DNA of 64,000 bases from an uncultured Smithella sp. (GTDB lineage Bacteria > Desulfobacterota > Syntrophia > Syntrophales > Smithellaceae), in the NCBI GenBank assembly GCA_964547345.1, contig CAZJMX010000003.1:24800-88799 (forward strand), read 5' to 3'. The translations under genes and the position numbers were made by a program. Shown piece by piece: positions 18,801 through 27,900 of this stretch. The notes below the pieces were generated by a model, which was not told the DNA's origin, ran no database searches, and worked only from the letters and a program-made list of their open reading frames with translations. How positions within the stretch are numbered: the first letter of the stretch is position 1; each line of letters opens with the position of its first letter.

Positions 18801-20491
18801 CAAAACATTATCTTAGCGCCTGGCGTGATGGCTATTTCAATGACTATTGGGGGCGACTCCAATATTTTCTTCTTCCCTCTCTTGATTCTAATAGAATGCT
18901 TCCAACGACAAGCAATTTAATTGATGTGCTGAATCGCAAGTACATGAAGTATGATAAACATCGATTTCTCAAATCTGGACGAGTATCAGGAGGTTCGATT
19001 GGTTCCAAGCTCGATAAGTCGCTTGATAGAATCAGTGACCGTTCTTGGCTGGCTATTATAGAAAATCAGAATATTCCTGTAAGCCATAATCATTGGCAGC
19101 AAGTTGATGAACATCACGCCGTTACATCGACAGTTGAACAATTTTCGCGTAGCCTCGGAAGAATCGCTAATCGTTTTCCAGAGCGGTTCGCGCAACTTGC
19201 CCTCCGTCTGCCACAAAATGTACATCCATATTACTTGTCAGCAATTATTGATGCATTAGCGTTGAAAGAACCACAAGGTGATGTGGCAGCATCGGAAAAG
19301 GCCAGTTGGTGTCCAGCAGATTTCGGTACCATAGAGAATGTGCTGTCAAAATACTACGCGGGTAGCGACCGAGACTCCGCGATGTCATTATGCAGGCTCA
19401 TTCATGCGCGACCCGAAGAATCTTGGTCTGATGAAACAATAGCGATACTTATCAATTTTGCAATGAATCACACTGACCTAGAATTAGGAAAATTGAACAT
19501 TCATTGTGATAAATCTTCGGATGCGGCAACGATACAAGAGCTTTTCAATAACACCATTAATTGTGTCCGTGGCTATGCCGCGGAAGCCATTGGAGCATTG
19601 CTATGGGCACATACTGATTGGTTGGAAAAATTCAGGATTGGGATCGAAGCGCTTGTGCGCGATTCCCATCCAGTAGTGCGAATGGCAGCAATAGACACTT
19701 TACTGCCAGCTATAAACATCGATAAAGACCTTGCTGTCAATTTGTTTTGTCTAGCTTGCAGGGATGATTTGCGTGTAGCTGCGTCACCTAGAGCGATTCC
19801 ATTTTTTAATTGCGCTTTCACAAGCCATGCAGATCAACTCTCACCACTAGTCAAAGCAATGGTTACCTCACCTTTTGAAGGCGTGTCTCAGGAAGGTGCC
19901 GAAGAGGTTACCGCACGCTGGCTTCTTCAGGATTTATTCAGTGAAGAACTCAGCAATTGTAGAAACGGTAGCATTTCACAGCGTAAAGGCGTCGCCCAAG
20001 TTTCATCGCATTTTCTCCATGATGACAAATACACCGTGCGTTGCCAAGAATTACTTCTTCCCTTGATAAATGATCCAGAAAAAGATGTCCGAACAGAAGC
20101 AGCAAGGATAGCTAGAAATCCAGCTTTCTTGAAGTGTACCTTGGATCATGCTTTCATAACTGCATATATCAAGTCCAAAGCCTATATTGACGATCCATCG
20201 GGTATTATTTACGATTTGAAAGAATTTCCAGGTTCTTTATTGCCTTTATCAGAAATTATTTTTGATATTTGCAAAATATTCTCAACCATTTTAGTATCGG
20301 AATCAAGAGATCTTCGTTTGCATATCCCCCATTCTGTTTCTGAAGTCTACTCTTTGCTCTTAAGACTTTACGAACAGTCAGAAGGCCTGAACAATACGAA
20401 GATAAGCGATAGATGCTTGGATGTATGGGATATGTTGTTTGAAAATAGAGTTGGTATGATTCAAGAGTTGGCTAAAGCGATTGAAAAATAA
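15836..20491 (+). CDS. giant single-gene candidate defence protein: N-terminal Cap4/DUF4297-like PD-(D/E)xK nuclease, central P-loop NTPase, C-terminal HEAT-like solenoid of about 1100 aa
   Basis: SGGLADKLGNRYEGRW...EAIGDDERGVDLWI...QAQQCK nuclease-like motifs. Walker A GTAGNGKS at 16706-16729. Walker B VLLLDQLD. HEAT-like repeats (VRMAAIDTLLPAI, DPEKDVRTEAARIA). ATG at 15836 preferred over GTG at 15821. Confidence 0.65.
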   Translation: MGFESGGLADKLGNRYEGRWIAKQLLRLLNEEIQSVTIEAIGDDERGVDLWIGQNNGVRQAQQCKARNRSEESWSINDLKSRNIFNHAKFQLDNNRNNTFAFVSAVGAQTFHDLCESARNSNLNPDDFYKYQVEAVGQARREGFKKFCEAIQVNSEDPLARVLAFNYLKRIDTILYPDDHNNWQNLLADAQYLLTGAPETTVSTLIAYSENNYAFRKPIYANELREHLATLDIRPKLLAHDARIAPVIDELQKQFEESISPRLICGNIIPREETTKLIKLIQESSDAILHGTAGNGKSVVLYELTRYLQLENIPFLPVRLDRREANNTAAQFGCDMGLPDSPVYSLIALAGERPCVLLLDQLDAIRWTSSHSANALDVCKELLRQVKQLRYGGGKITVVLSCRSFDLENDPEIRNWLNADKTLRKVEVTPLSAKAIGEILGPSVNQMTSRQKQILACPQNLAMWMTLKKENSIPEFRSVTELMRCFWKNRRELLGNAGIAMTELDRIIDMILDEMERSGRVSVSTRIQSHFPRVFSALQSYGILQESNGKVTFCHQSYLDYLIADRLLQQITNKGGEITDWLGPKERQSLFRREQLRQALAMMNEESPDDFAKMVKNILESDKIRFHIKHVVLEFIGQLEEINEELGTYCLTLLTNDYWEKHFFETVCIGHDAFAMLLIEKSTISEWLNSGMEDDINRALWLLRSVNDKIPDKVTEALEPFMEKGEHWYSHILNTLCWNVADDSDVMFNLRLRLIHKGTYANYINWQVLCKKYPLRALQLIESLVSTWPEERTDTVSMPMTSSAPIDRVDKLYDEDMKSLKSIAESYPMETWDHLIPHIARLTEFQPSPNYDSRLDKWQRNLWARVDRYNDIRRGIVELAITAGKKLAAENPEELFRLTTALENSISIVIQEIIINVYSQLNPNYADIGINWLISDPLRFQLGSGYDEPIWMPAVRLMKSLSPHCSELIFRKLEMTIINCHPADEKRMAKHYLSAWRDGYFNDYWGRLQYFLLPSLDSNRMLPTTSNLIDVLNRKYMKYDKHRFLKSGRVSGGSIGSKLDKSLDRISDRSWLAIIENQNIPVSHNHWQQVDEHHAVTSTVEQFSRSLGRIANRFPERFAQLALRLPQNVHPYYLSAIIDALALKEPQGDVAASEKASWCPADFGTIENVLSKYYAGSDRDSAMSLCRLIHARPEESWSDETIAILINFAMNHTDLELGKLNIHCDKSSDAATIQELFNNTINCVRGYAAEAIGALLWAHTDWLEKFRIGIEALVRDSHPVVRMAAIDTLLPAINIDKDLAVNLFCLACRDDLRVAASPRAIPFFNCAFTSHADQLSPLVKAMVTSPFEGVSQEGAEEVTARWLLQDLFSEELSNCRNGSISQRKGVAQVSSHFLHDDKYTVRCQELLLPLINDPEKDVRTEAARIARNPAFLKCTLDHAFITAYIKSKAYIDDPSGIIYDLKEFPGSLLPLSEIIFDICKIFSTILVSESRDLRLHIPHSVSEVYSLLLRLYEQSEGLNNTKISDRCLDVWDMLFENRVGMIQELAKAIEK

Positions 20492-20655
20492 GTTGTCCAG
20501 AAAAACCTGAGAACACCATAATTAAATGGACCGGTTCTATTAACTTCAGGAATCACATAGCAGAAGAAGTGAATGTATCCATTTTGCCATGCGGCTTTTC
20601 GAAATATTTGTAACCAAAGTATACCAAAATATGTTAATAGATCTTAACAAATGCG

Positions 20656-20856
20656 GTGGAGGTAAATATGCAGGCTGTAAGAGAAAATGTGATCACCATG
20701 ATCAAAAATATGCCTCAGGATGTTTCTATTGAAGATATTATGGCAGAGTTATATTTTCGTTATGAAGTTGATCAAGGCTTGAAACAATTGGATGAAGGCA
20801 AGGGCATTCCGCATGAAGAAGTCGAAAAACGGATGAAAAAATGGTTAAAAAAATAA
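20656..20856 (+). CDS. putative antitoxin of the downstream ParE/RelE toxin
   Basis: 66 aa. Overlaps the toxin start by 16 nt. C-terminal GKGIPHEEVEKRMKKWL is typical of small addiction-module antitoxins. Confidence 0.55.
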   Translation: MEVNMQAVRENVITMIKNMPQDVSIEDIMAELYFRYEVDQGLKQLDEGKGIPHEEVEKRMKKWLKK

Positions 20857-21131
20857 GGTGGTCGCCAAAAGCTTCTGACAACTTTGAGGACATTTGTAAT
20901 TTCATCGGCAAGGATTCAGAATATTATGCCTGCATGTTTGCCAAGAAAATTAATGATATTGTTTTAAATATTCCCGCTTTTCCAGAATCCGGTCGGATCG
21001 TGCCGGAATATCAGGATTCCAATCTAAGAGAAAAAATATTTCAAAATTATCGAATCGTCTATCGAATCAGCGGGAATTTTATTGAGATCGTGACAATTTC
21101 CCATGCTGCAAAACCGATAGATGTTCAATGA
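20841..21131 (+). CDS. RelE/ParE-family type II toxin
   Basis: 96 aa with W.P.A..D...I..FI, PESGRIVPE, YRIVYRI....IEIVTISH pattern. Confidence 0.7.
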   Translation: MVKKIRWSPKASDNFEDICNFIGKDSEYYACMFAKKINDIVLNIPAFPESGRIVPEYQDSNLREKIFQNYRIVYRISGNFIEIVTISHAAKPIDVQ

Positions 21132-21198
21132 TTATCTGTGAATTCTACTGTTAGCTTAATCCACAAGATTAATCCGGAAAATATAGTATAGAGCGGAC

Positions 21199-21632
21199 AT
21201 GAAACTCCTCCACGCTTCCGACTGGCACCTGGGCCGCGCCCTTTATAATCGCAAGCGGTATGACGAGATTGAAGCTTTTCTCGCCTGGCTTGCGGGAATT
21301 ATTGAGCGCGAAAATGTTGATGTGGTTTTGATTGCAGGCGATGTTTTCGACAACAGTACGCCCAGCAATTATGCGCAGGAGCTATATTGCCGGTTTTTGT
21401 GCCGCGTGGCTGGCTCCGCCAGCCGTCAGGTGGTGGTTATTGCCGGCAATCATGATTCGCCGTCCTTTTTGAATGCGCCGAAGGAACTTCTGAAATTTCT
21501 CAATATTCACGTGGTCGGATATGCGGCAGGCGATCCTGCCGATGAAGTGCTTGTGCTTTCCGGGACGGATGGCCAACCCGGCCTGATGGTCTGCGCTGTT
21601 CCCTATCTTCGGAACCGTGACATAAAAATATT
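21199..21632 (+). pseudogene. sbcD: sbcD N-terminal fragment (about 145 codons)
   Basis: MKLLHASDWHLG, LIAGDVFD and AGNHDS metallophosphoesterase motifs. The frame breaks near 21621-21635. Confidence 0.75.
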
Positions 21633-21926
21633 TCCGGCGGGGAAAGCTTTCTGGTCAGTCTGGCGCTGGCTTTAGGCCTGTCGCGCATGGCCAGCCGCAA
21701 CGTCCGGGTGGATTCGCTTTTTCTGGATGAAGGATTCGGAACCCTCGATGACGAAGCGCTTTCGACCGCTCTGGACACACTGGCCGAATTGCAGCAAGCC
21801 GGCAAGCTCATCGGCGTTATTTCCCATGTCCCCGCGCTCAAAGATCGTATCGGCACACAGATAACGGTGACTCCGGAAGCAGGCGGCCGCAGCTCGCTTT
21901 CCGGCCCCGGCTGTTTGCGAGGTTGA
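21633..21926 (+). pseudogene. sbcC: sbcC C-terminal fragment (ABC signature to stop)
   Basis: SGGESFLVSLALALGLS signature motif, Walker B/D-loop LFLDEGFGTLD and H-loop VISHV, joined directly to the sbcD fragment in a different frame. Confidence 0.75.
21882..21926 (+). repeat. left copy of 45-bp direct repeat (last 14 codons + stop of sbcC)
   Basis: ggcggccgcagctcgctttccggccccggctgtttgcgaggttga. 43/45 identical to 28380-28424. Confidence 0.85.
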
Positions 21927-22132
21927 CAGACGGGCATTTTTCATGCATTAAAAGACCACTCCAAAGAATTCTGAAACATTTGCGTCGTTGATTTTGGGAA
22001 AGATCCGGGACATGTTGATCGTCTGAAGTTCCAACTGAAGATTTCGCGCAAGCATTATCGATTTATCCGTATGATGGGTCAGCTTTAATAAATTTCTTTA
22101 TCATTGCCATTGCAAAGGAGGAAATATAAATC

Positions 22133-24085
22133 ATGGCATTTCCCATCGCAATTCCGGTGGCCATTTCCGCTGTCAAAGCGTTAATCAGGTTTCGCGGTCA
22201 GCTCGATACCATCCTTTCGCAAAATGTAACGACAACAGGGCTCCCGTTTGCCTTGCCTCCGGCGCCGACTGACGATGCCCGCTATCTCAAAGACATGCTC
22301 GGCTTCTTCTCCACGGATCAAGGCAAAATGGTGTTGCATCTTCGCGGCCTGGCAGAGGAATTTAAAAATGTTGAAGCCAGCCCGCATTCAACGGATGCAT
22401 CGATTGATGAAAAGCGAAAGAAGCTCTTCGAATTGTATTACCTTGCGGCGGACGTGCGCCCCGATATTTTGGGACCCTCCGATCCCGGTCAGGCTGCTCC
22501 GGCCAGAGGGCCCAGCGCCGACATGCGTCTGGCCTATTTTGTCGTTGAATCGCAACGTCTCTCCCGCAATATGGCCACGGTGCGCGTGTTGCTTGCCACG
22601 GCCGATACGCTGCTGGAATTTACCGGTGAAAACGCCGGTCTCTTTATTTCCAATCCTCAAACCCGATCTCTGATCGAAAACCTGATCGAAGAATTTGCCG
22701 GAAAACGGAACTTCGATGACGACGGAATAGAGACGATTTTCAAATCGCTTCTGGGGGCTACGCTTGCGGCACTGGCAAACCATCCCGGTGATCTCGTCAA
22801 TAAACCGGCCATGAAAGCGCTCTTTGCCGCCCTGGGCGACGTTCGGGACAAAATGGGAAATAATTTCGCCGCAGAGATTATTTCCATGGAAGGTTTTGAG
22901 AAACTTGTTGCCTCTTACGCAACGTTTGCGGCGAAAGATCCGTCGTTCATGACGGACAATGTTTACTTGCAGCAGGTTCTGTCCGCCATGCTCGGTATGA
23001 TCGGCAGCGATTTTCCGAAAATGGTGAAAGACCCCAAGGCGTTTCTGGGGATTCTGGAGGCGGGCCTTGGCGCGGCTACGGCCCATGTCAATATTCTTTT
23101 GAAAGGCAAGCTCGAGGGGCAACCCGTGCTGGCGGCCGTCTTGAAAAGCGTCTGCGGCGAGGTCGAAGCGCTGGCCCATAAAAATGCGTTGTTCAAAAAC
23201 ATCGGGAGCGGTCAACTGATTGCGGATATTTACAAAACCGGTCTTCAGGCGGTTGCGGCAAATCCTGTTTTGTTTTCCACTCAAAACGATACAAACAAAT
23301 TTATCTCTTCTTTACTTTCCGGTCTTGCATCCGCCCTTGCGCAAAAGGATCTCTCGACACTGTTTTCGGAAGACACGCTCCGGGCGCTGGCTTCAGAGAG
23401 CCTTGTTGTTCTTTCCGCCAATGCTACATTTTTAACCGGTCACCATGAGTTTGCAACGAACCTCCTGGCCGCCGTTTTTCAGTCGGGAGCAAAGTCAATA
23501 AAAGACGGCGTTACGAAAGACGACCTGATCGACATCGCAAAGGCCGCCCTGAAAGCCGCATCCGAAAACATTGCGCTAGTCAGGATGGATGCCCGGTTTG
23601 CCGCCATTATTTCATCATTTTGCAATGCCTGCTCCGGTGTGGATTCTAAGCAACTGACTACTGCGCAGGGACGAAAGGATTTAGTGCTGATCTCTTTGCA
23701 GGTTGTTGCAGCCAATCCGCAGGTATGGGGGCAATGGGAAGAGAAGAAATTGGCACAACCTCTAGTGGAGGCGGTTCTTGCGGGCCTGAAAGAAGATCCC
23801 ACCCAACTGCTTTCCGGCCCAGTGCTGGTCGATGCCGTGCGCCGCATCCTGATTTCCGTTGCCCGCCGGGGAAATCAAATCATCAGCAAGTCCGTCAGTC
23901 CGGAAGTCCTGAAAAATATTCTTCTGCAATGTCTTAAACGCGCCAATCAGGAGATCGGCAAGACAGTGGACGGAGAAAACCTGCCGCTTTATCTGGAGCG
24001 GGCTGTGATCTCGTTTATGGCCGTCCCCGGCATGAAGTCTGCGGAGATGGCCGGTATGCTCGATGGGGTGATTGCCGGACTTTAA
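22133..24085 (+). CDS. hypothetical 650-aa all-helical protein (no recognisable family), hydrophobic N-terminus
   Basis: AAGGAGG about 10 nt upstream of the ATG. Ala/Leu-rich helical repeat character. N-terminus MAFPIAIPVAISAVKALI. No catalytic motif seen. Confidence 0.6.
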   Translation: MAFPIAIPVAISAVKALIRFRGQLDTILSQNVTTTGLPFALPPAPTDDARYLKDMLGFFSTDQGKMVLHLRGLAEEFKNVEASPHSTDASIDEKRKKLFELYYLAADVRPDILGPSDPGQAAPARGPSADMRLAYFVVESQRLSRNMATVRVLLATADTLLEFTGENAGLFISNPQTRSLIENLIEEFAGKRNFDDDGIETIFKSLLGATLAALANHPGDLVNKPAMKALFAALGDVRDKMGNNFAAEIISMEGFEKLVASYATFAAKDPSFMTDNVYLQQVLSAMLGMIGSDFPKMVKDPKAFLGILEAGLGAATAHVNILLKGKLEGQPVLAAVLKSVCGEVEALAHKNALFKNIGSGQLIADIYKTGLQAVAANPVLFSTQNDTNKFISSLLSGLASALAQKDLSTLFSEDTLRALASESLVVLSANATFLTGHHEFATNLLAAVFQSGAKSIKDGVTKDDLIDIAKAALKAASENIALVRMDARFAAIISSFCNACSGVDSKQLTTAQGRKDLVLISLQVVAANPQVWGQWEEKKLAQPLVEAVLAGLKEDPTQLLSGPVLVDAVRRILISVARRGNQIISKSVSPEVLKNILLQCLKRANQEIGKTVDGENLPLYLERAVISFMAVPGMKSAEMAGMLDGVIAGL

Positions 24086-24107
24086 GAAAAAGATACGGAG
24101 GGAGACG

Positions 24108-24956
24108 ATGATGAAAAATGACTCGAACCGAAGGCTGATCAATCGAATGCGGCAGGCGATGATTGCCGGGCTGATCTTGTTATATCTGGTGCTGGCGGGC
24201 TGCGCATACATTTTACCTGAAACAACAGCGCTCGATAAAATACATGAGACCTACCGCCTCGATTTTCAGAAATACGTGCAACTGTCCGTGCCGGTTGCGT
24301 CGACGCAGCCGACCCTGATGCCGGTAGGAAAGGAGCATCCGCTTTTTGCGGATACACTTCGGAAAATACGCGATTACCGGGTGAAATACGGTGAAGACTC
24401 CCAGGAGGCGGCGCATCTGAAAGTGCTGGAGGGCATGATTTATCTGCAATCCGGTCAGGTGGGCATGGCGCGTCTCGTTGCATCCGACGTTCAGGCCGCG
24501 CAAAGTAAATTGATATCAAAAACCGGTTCCTATACGCGTGACCAGTTGCTGGCCGGAACATATCCGGATTTAATTGCCGGCTGGGAGCAGATTGTCAACA
24601 AGGGGACGGATGCCGGAAAATTGAAAGCCGCCGCCGACCGCATCGGAGCCGAGCTGCGAGGGCTGGATAAGTCAAAAATGGCCGAACCGGAGGTGGATGA
24701 AGGGGCGGTTTATCTGGCGACAACCGCCGCAATATTTTATGTCTGGGTATACAGCAAAGAAGTTTTTTCCTGTGCGGGCGCAAAAGTGTGCGCAGACGGG
24801 TTGCGAAAAGATTATTTCGGAAAAGGAAAAGATTTGATCGGGATGTTTTTAAGCGAGACGGAAAAAAAGGCTGCAGCCGACAAAAGCCGGTCCGCCGATG
24901 TGCCGCCCGGTCGCCTGCGATACATTTCATGGTACGGTTATTTACTGGTGGAGTAA
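24108..24956 (+). CDS. predicted lipoprotein (unknown family)
   Basis: Signal peptide with lipobox LVLAGC. ATG-ATG at 24108 preferred; the ORF-track start at 24072 overlaps the upstream gene. Confidence 0.6.
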   Translation: MMKNDSNRRLINRMRQAMIAGLILLYLVLAGCAYILPETTALDKIHETYRLDFQKYVQLSVPVASTQPTLMPVGKEHPLFADTLRKIRDYRVKYGEDSQEAAHLKVLEGMIYLQSGQVGMARLVASDVQAAQSKLISKTGSYTRDQLLAGTYPDLIAGWEQIVNKGTDAGKLKAAADRIGAELRGLDKSKMAEPEVDEGAVYLATTAAIFYVWVYSKEVFSCAGAKVCADGLRKDYFGKGKDLIGMFLSETEKKAAADKSRSADVPPGRLRYISWYGYLLVE

Positions 24957-24999
24957 GAACGAGATACACTCATTCATTAAAGCATTCAGGAATAAAACA

Positions 25000-27900
25000 A
25001 TGAACGATTCTGATCTGAAAAAAGAAACACGATTTGCGGTCATTATGTATGGCGGCGTTTCGCTGGCTGTGTACATCAACGGGATTGCCCAGGAACTCTA
25101 CCGGATGGTATCGGCAACGGCGAATCCGTCCGATGCTTCGGCAAACCCCAGGCCATGGGGCTCCGAGCCGGTCTATAAAAAAATCGGCGCGATGCTCAAG
25201 ACCCGTTTTGTGGTGGATATTTTATCCGGCACGTCCGCGGGCGGCATCAACGGCATATTTCTCGCCAAAGCTCTGGCCAACGGACAGTCATTCAAATCGC
25301 TGGAACAGTTGTGGCTGGATGAAGGCAATATCGAAGTTCTGATCAACGACGAAAAATCAAAAGATCGCGGCTGCCGGGCAGATGTTGCATATCCCAGGTC
25401 GCTGCTCAACAGCGAGCGCATGTATAATCACCTGCGGGATGCCTTCGATCAGATGGACGAAAATCCGTCCAAGGCAGGGAAGGCTGGCGCACCGCTGGTT
25501 GACGAACTGGATTTGTATGTTACGGCCACCGATTTGCAGGGGTTCCCCGTTCCGCTCAAACTGTCGGATATTGTTGTGCTGGAAAAAGAGCATCGGAATA
25601 CCTTTCACTTTCATTTTAAAAAAGGCTCGGCAAGCGACAATGATTTTATAAGGGACAATAATCCTTTTCTGGCTTTTGCCGCCCGCTGCACATCCGCTTT
25701 CCCTTTTGCCTTCGAACCGATACGCCTGCAGGATATTCCGGAGAGCGCCCGTCATCCGCAATGGAGCCGGTTTTATGAAAAATATCTGCTCGATTCCGAT
25801 CATTGCGGGAAGAATGCGCCCCCGGATCTCCCGGTGATCAATGGGAAGTATGACGTGTTTACAAAACGGTCTTTTGCCGACGGCGGCTATCTGGACAACA
25901 AGCCCTTCAGCTATGCGATCAATGCCATTACATCGAGAAGTTCCGGCGTTCCTATAGATCGCAAGCTGATTTACATCGAACCGTCGCCAGACGTTGAACC
26001 TGATCCCTGCACGGTCGAGGGACCGCCCAATGCCGTTGAAAATGTCGGAAAGGTGTTTTCTCTGGCGATTTACGAAACCATTCAGGAGGATCTGCGGCGG
26101 GTCATCGATCGCAACCGTTTAATCGAACGCGTCAACCGCATCCTGAAAGGAACGACGGATGATTTCCTGAAAAAAGAAGGAGGCCCGGAGACGGCCGTCC
26201 ATTGGTACGGTTCTTACCTTAAAGACATGATTGCAAGAGAAGGGATTCACTACGGCGGTTATCTGCGGCTCCGTGTCGCCCAACTGACCGACGACCTGAC
26301 GGAAATCATCACCCGGCATGCAGGCTTTGATGTTCAGTCCGATTTTTTCCTGGCCGTGCGCTATATCGTCCGCGCCTGGCGCGACGCCCGGTATGAATAC
26401 GACCGGGCGGATGACGCGAAAGCCTCCGGCAAAAAGTCGTTCAACCGGTTTTTGTACGATCACGATCTGGGATTTATGATTCGCCGCCTGGGTTATACGA
26501 TTTCCGTCATCGATACGGTTTTGTCTCTCGCGGAGATATGGCGGCAGGCCGCCTACCGCGAAAAACTGCCGGATGCGGAAAAAGGCAGACTGATCCAAGA
26601 ATATGGAGAGTTGTTCTTTGCGGTCGTAGAGCCTCTGAAAACGCCGGAAGAGATAGACAACTTTGTGGGCAGGCTTCGCGATATCCGCAGGGAGTTGAGT
26701 CAAAAAAGAGAAGCGATTTATGATCTTCATGCCATGCTGTTTAGCCCGGGCAAGAGAAAGGCGCCGTCCGATGAGATGCAAAGGCTGATGAAAGCCTTCG
26801 GCGATGTGAAAATCAAGCCGGCTGAGATGATGGAGAAAATTCTGGGGAAGTCGTCTGAAAGCGGTAAACATCCGACCGCTCGTTCCGAGTCAGAAAGTTA
26901 CAACGCGGCCAGGATTTTAATTGAAGAAGCCGGCAGAATAGGGCAACTCGACCGCGTGGCAGATATTGTCAGGCAAGTCGTGAGAAAGGCGGACGACTGC
27001 ATGTCCGCAGCCAAGGTTAAACTGGGACTGGAAATGATTTCAGGCCGAGATCAGCGGGAAACAGCCAGCGTCACGTTCAAAGCCCTGTCCGTTCCGGCGA
27101 CGGTTGCAGAGATGTTGGATGATCAGGCATTGACGGCTACAAAGGAGTTTGAACACTGGGCTCAAATGGAGAAGGCGAGTCGTCTGGCGACGTGGCTTCC
27201 CGCAATCTTTTTCAGGCGGTTTATGTGGTACGACGAAATTGCTTACCCCATTATCCAGTTTTCGGGAGTTGGGCAGGAACTCGATGAAGTGGAGATTGTC
27301 CGCATCAGTCCCAACGATGCTCAATCTTTATCCGACCGCGGTGTCAACAAACTGGGCGGAACGGCCCTCATGCACTTTGGCGCTTTTCTGGACCGCACCT
27401 GGCGCAAGAATGATATCCTATGGGGACGCCTTGACGGCGCCGAGCGAATCATCAAGGCATTGCTGGCGGGGGCGGATGAAAAAGCAATCGATGACCTTGT
27501 GAAAGAGGCGCATCTGGCGATTATTCAGGAAACGTTCTTTGAGAGGCGGGAAGATGATCAGGGCGGAGAAGACCGATTGCGTGTTCAGGAAACCATCGAC
27601 CTCCTGCTTCAATTCATTCTAGGAAAAAACAACGAAGAAAGAAGAAACAAAAAACTTAAAGTCATGAGCGGGCAGAACAGAGGCCTCTATAAAGCCATAC
27701 AAGATTTGATGGATAAAATAAGCCGAGGCGAAGTCGGTCAGGAAAAGGGTTGCCGATGCAACAGGGCGGCTGATGACGAAATTGTAAAAAGTATTCTGGG
27801 AAAAATACTGGGCGGAAAAATAACGAAAGAAACTATTTATTACTGGCTTAAAGGGTATGAAGTCAATAAGGATGTCAATCCTCAGCTGGCCTTGGAATCT

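Noticed and set aside
24072-24107. Upstream extensions of the lipoprotein ORF (24072) and of the patatin ORF (24898-24999)
   Set aside because: The extensions overlap the preceding genes and encode non-signal junk. The internal ATGs (24108, 25000) give a proper signal peptide with lipobox and the conserved patatin N-terminus.
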